From the NCBI GenBank assembly GCA_963719495.1, contig CAVRCI010000001.1, positions 320,001 through 384,000 on the forward strand: DNA of 64,000 bases. The letters are read 5' to 3'. The notes under the pieces were generated by a model. That model saw only the letters and a list, made by a program, of their open reading frames with translations, had not been told where the DNA came from and did no database searches. Positions 61,658 to 64,000 of this stretch are shown here, piece after piece; position 1 is the first letter of the stretch, and every line of letters begins with the position of its first letter. The stretch is from an uncultured Verrucomicrobiae bacterium. GTDB taxonomy: Bacteria > Verrucomicrobiota > Verrucomicrobiia > Chthoniobacterales > JAATET01. The position numbers and the translations under genes were made by a program.

Positions 61658-62054
61658 GATGATAATTGAGTTTGCGAACACCGGGTTTCCCCCGACGCGG
61701 AAATGAGATCGTCGAAGACGATTCATCGGGGACCAACGGCGCGATTTGATACTGACAGAATCCGCGCGAGCCGGGGAAAGTGCGGGACGAAGGCGCGGTT
61801 GTCAAGGACTGGATGCGGACTGGATGCGGAATTCGCGCAACCCAGGACTTCGAGACCAGTCCATCAGCTTGCCGTCCGAATCGATGCTAATCGTTGCGGA
61901 AAAGCATAAACTTCCCGGTCAGGCGTTCCCGCTTCCGATCCGGCAACGCAAGCTTCCAGCTTGCACGAATGCGTTCAGGCAAGCTGGAAGCTTGGGCTAC
62001 CCCGTTTGACTCGTCTTTCCATCCGAAGCTTTTGCCCACTGTCGACACCGACCG

Positions 62055-63038
62055 TCACGCCAAAGCCTCGCGCACCACGTCGTCCGGCGAAACGCCCTCG
62101 GCCTCGCCTTCGAAGTTCATCACCACCCGGTGCCGCAGAGCCGCCAAGGCCACCGCTCGGATATCTTCCTTCGCGACGTGATAACGCCCCGCCAGCAGCG
62201 CCTCGATCTTCGCGCACAGCACCAGCGCCTGCGCCCCCCGCGGACTCGCCCCGTAGCGCACGAAGCGCCGCGCGGAGTCGGTCTTCCCGGCCTCCGGGTG
62301 CGTCGCCATCACGAGCCGCACCGCCTCGGCCTGCACCTCCCGCACGATCGGGACCTCGCGGATCAGCCGCTGGTGCGCCCGCAGATCCTCGGCCGAAGCC
62401 ACGATCCGCCGGGCCGTGTCGTCCGCCGCCGCCGTCGTGCGATCCAGGATCGCGTGCAGTTCGTCCTCCGATGGATACCCGACGAGCAACTTCAACAAAA
62501 ACCGATCCAGCTGCGCCTCGGGCAGCGGATACGTGCCCTCCATTTCCAAAGGATTCTGCGTCGCCAGCACGAGGAATGGGTCCGGCATGCCACGGGTCTC
62601 GCCGCCCACCGTCGCGTGCCGTTCCTGCATCGCCTCGAGCAGGGCGCTCTGCGTTTTCGGCGTCGCGCGGTTGATTTCGTCGGCAAGCAGGATGTTCGTG
62701 AAGATCGGCCCAGGCTGGAATTGAAACTGCTTCGTCCCGCCGTCGTCGAAGATGAGACTCGTCCCGACGACGTCAGCCGGCATCAGGTCGGGCGTGAATT
62801 GGATCCGCGAAAATTCCAGCCCCGTCACCGCCCCGAGCGTCCGCACCAGCAACGTCTTCCCCAATCCCGGCGCGCCCTCGAGCAAAACGTGCCCCCCCGC
62901 GAAGAGCGCCGTCAGCAAGCCGCGCACCGTCTCGCGCTGACCCACCACGACCCGCCCCAGCTCCTCCTCCAGCGCCGCGAACGACCGCCGAAACTCCGTC
63001 ACCCGCTCCTTCGTCTGCTCCGAATCGTCCACGATCAA
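62055..63038 (-). CDS. MoxR-family AAA+ ATPase
   Basis: GAPGLGKT, RIQFTPDLMPAD, DEINRATPKTQSALLEAM, EGTYPLPEAQLDRF. Confidence 0.94.
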   Translation of the reverse strand: MIVDDSEQTKERVTEFRRSFAALEEELGRVVVGQRETVRGLLTALFAGGHVLLEGAPGLGKTLLVRTLGAVTGLEFSRIQFTPDLMPADVVGTSLIFDDGGTKQFQFQPGPIFTNILLADEINRATPKTQSALLEAMQERHATVGGETRGMPDPFLVLATQNPLEMEGTYPLPEAQLDRFLLKLLVGYPSEDELHAILDRTTAAADDTARRIVASAEDLRAHQRLIREVPIVREVQAEAVRLVMATHPEAGKTDSARRFVRYGASPRGAQALVLCAKIEALLAGRYHVAKEDIRAVALAALRHRVVMNFEGEAEGVSPDDVVREALA

Positions 63039-63104
63039 AATTCAAGCGCAATCACGACCCCCCACCAATCACTATTCACCAGTCACCGATCACGCGCCGC
63101 CGCC

Positions 63105-64000
63105 CTACTCCTCGGGCTTGATCCGCTCGAAATACCGCCGCACGAGCTCGCGCGATCCATACGGCAAATCCTCGCGCGTCACCGCGTCCTCCGCCGCCCG
63201 CGCCGCCGCGTCGTAGGCCTCGCGGTAAGCCGCGTTCGCCCGCCCCGGTCCGTCCACCGACACCGTCCCAACGGTCACCGCCGCCCCCTCGCCGCCGTCC
63301 AGTCCCGCCTGATCGTCAAGCCCGCTCACCGCCACATCCGTCCGTTCCCCGAAGAGTTCACCGCCCCCGCCCGCGTTCTCACCCGGTCCGCCACCTGGCT
63401 CGTCACTGGCCATTTTCCCCGCCTCGGCCGACTCCTCACCCGACCCCATCTCCCCCGCCAACTTCGCCAATTCTCCGCCGCCTTCGCCGCGCTCCCCCTC
63501 GCCCGCTCCCGGTCGCTGCTCGCCCGACCGCACCGCCCGCTTCATCTCTTCCAACCGCGAAGCCATCGCCGCCAACTCCGCTTCCGAAAGCTGCCGGGTG
63601 TCCCCCGTCGCCGACGCCTCGCTGCTCGCCAAGTCCGTCGCTGCCGGCGGCGCCGAATCCCGCGTCGCTCCCGCGTCCGCCGACCGCCCCGCGTCGCCAC
63701 CATCCCGACCGGCGGCCCGTTCACCGCGCAGTCGTTCGACGTCCGCCGCCGCCGCCACCAGCGCCCGCAACGCATCCTCCCGCGGGGCGTCCGCCAACCG
63801 CTCGCGCAGAGCTTCGGCCCGCTCCTCGAGCTCCCGCCCGGTTTGGGTCAACGACTCCTCGCCCCCCTCCGAAACGACCGCCGCGGCTTCGTCCAACACC
63901 TCCGCCGCGGCCATCCGCTCGGCGGCACTCGTCCCGGCCCGCTCCCGATACCCGAGCGCCATCCCGAGCGCGACCACCACCGGAATCATCGCCCAACCCA
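63105..64000 (-). CDS. Hypothetical coiled-coil/low-complexity protein upstream of moxR, 5'-truncated
   Basis: Open to the window edge; C-terminal LPYGSRELVRRYF motif. Confidence 0.65.
   Translation of the reverse strand, partial: GWAMIPVVVALGMALGYRERAGTSAAERMAAAEVLDEAAAVVSEGGEESLTQTGRELEERAEALRERLADAPREDALRALVAAAADVERLRGERAAGRDGGDAGRSADAGATRDSAPPAATDLASSEASATGDTRQLSEAELAAMASRLEEMKRAVRSGEQRPGAGEGERGEGGGELAKLAGEMGSGEESAEAGKMASDEPGGGPGENAGGGGELFGERTDVAVSGLDDQAGLDGGEGAAVTVGTVSVDGPGRANAAYREAYDAAARAAEDAVTREDLPYGSRELVRRYFERIKPEE

Noticed and set aside
1..64000. tRNA or rRNA genes, including an integrase target tRNA
   Set aside because: No cloverleaf or rRNA-like sequence recognised by eye; tRNAscan-SE would be decisive

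Overview
GC-rich bacterial chromosome segment, most consistent with Verrucomicrobiota (MurC-MurB fusion, stand-alone CoaC, divergent FtsZ; inferred). Order: maf, ruvX-truA, a secreted beta-helix protein, an orphan nuoG, a phosphate porin plus pstSCAB-phoU, an ISAs1 element, yicC-gmk-coaC, hisI, fumC, a complete mraZ-to-ftsZ dcw cluster interrupted by a four-helix-bundle gene, and clpB. An ~8.7 kb accessory island follows, then a nuclease-DinG helicase, bamD-lptE-rsmI, an ISKra4-type element, rpoA-rplQ and a MoxR ATPase. The most striking feature is the island (44.28-53.0 kb). Four copies of a 36-40 bp palindrome (ACCGATAAAACGTAAC-GGCC-GTTACGTTTTATCGGT) sit at the borders of a SWIM-SNF2 helicase, a PaaX/Cas2-fold gene (bracketed tightly on both sides), a frameshifted primase-helicase-DUF559 gene and an AAA ATPase. 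The island ends in an integron-type integrase with no intact attC. A second theme is the many short 7-8-mer tandem repeats and REP-like hairpins at gene junctions, some inside coding ends. All calls come from motif recognition by eye; no database searches were run.
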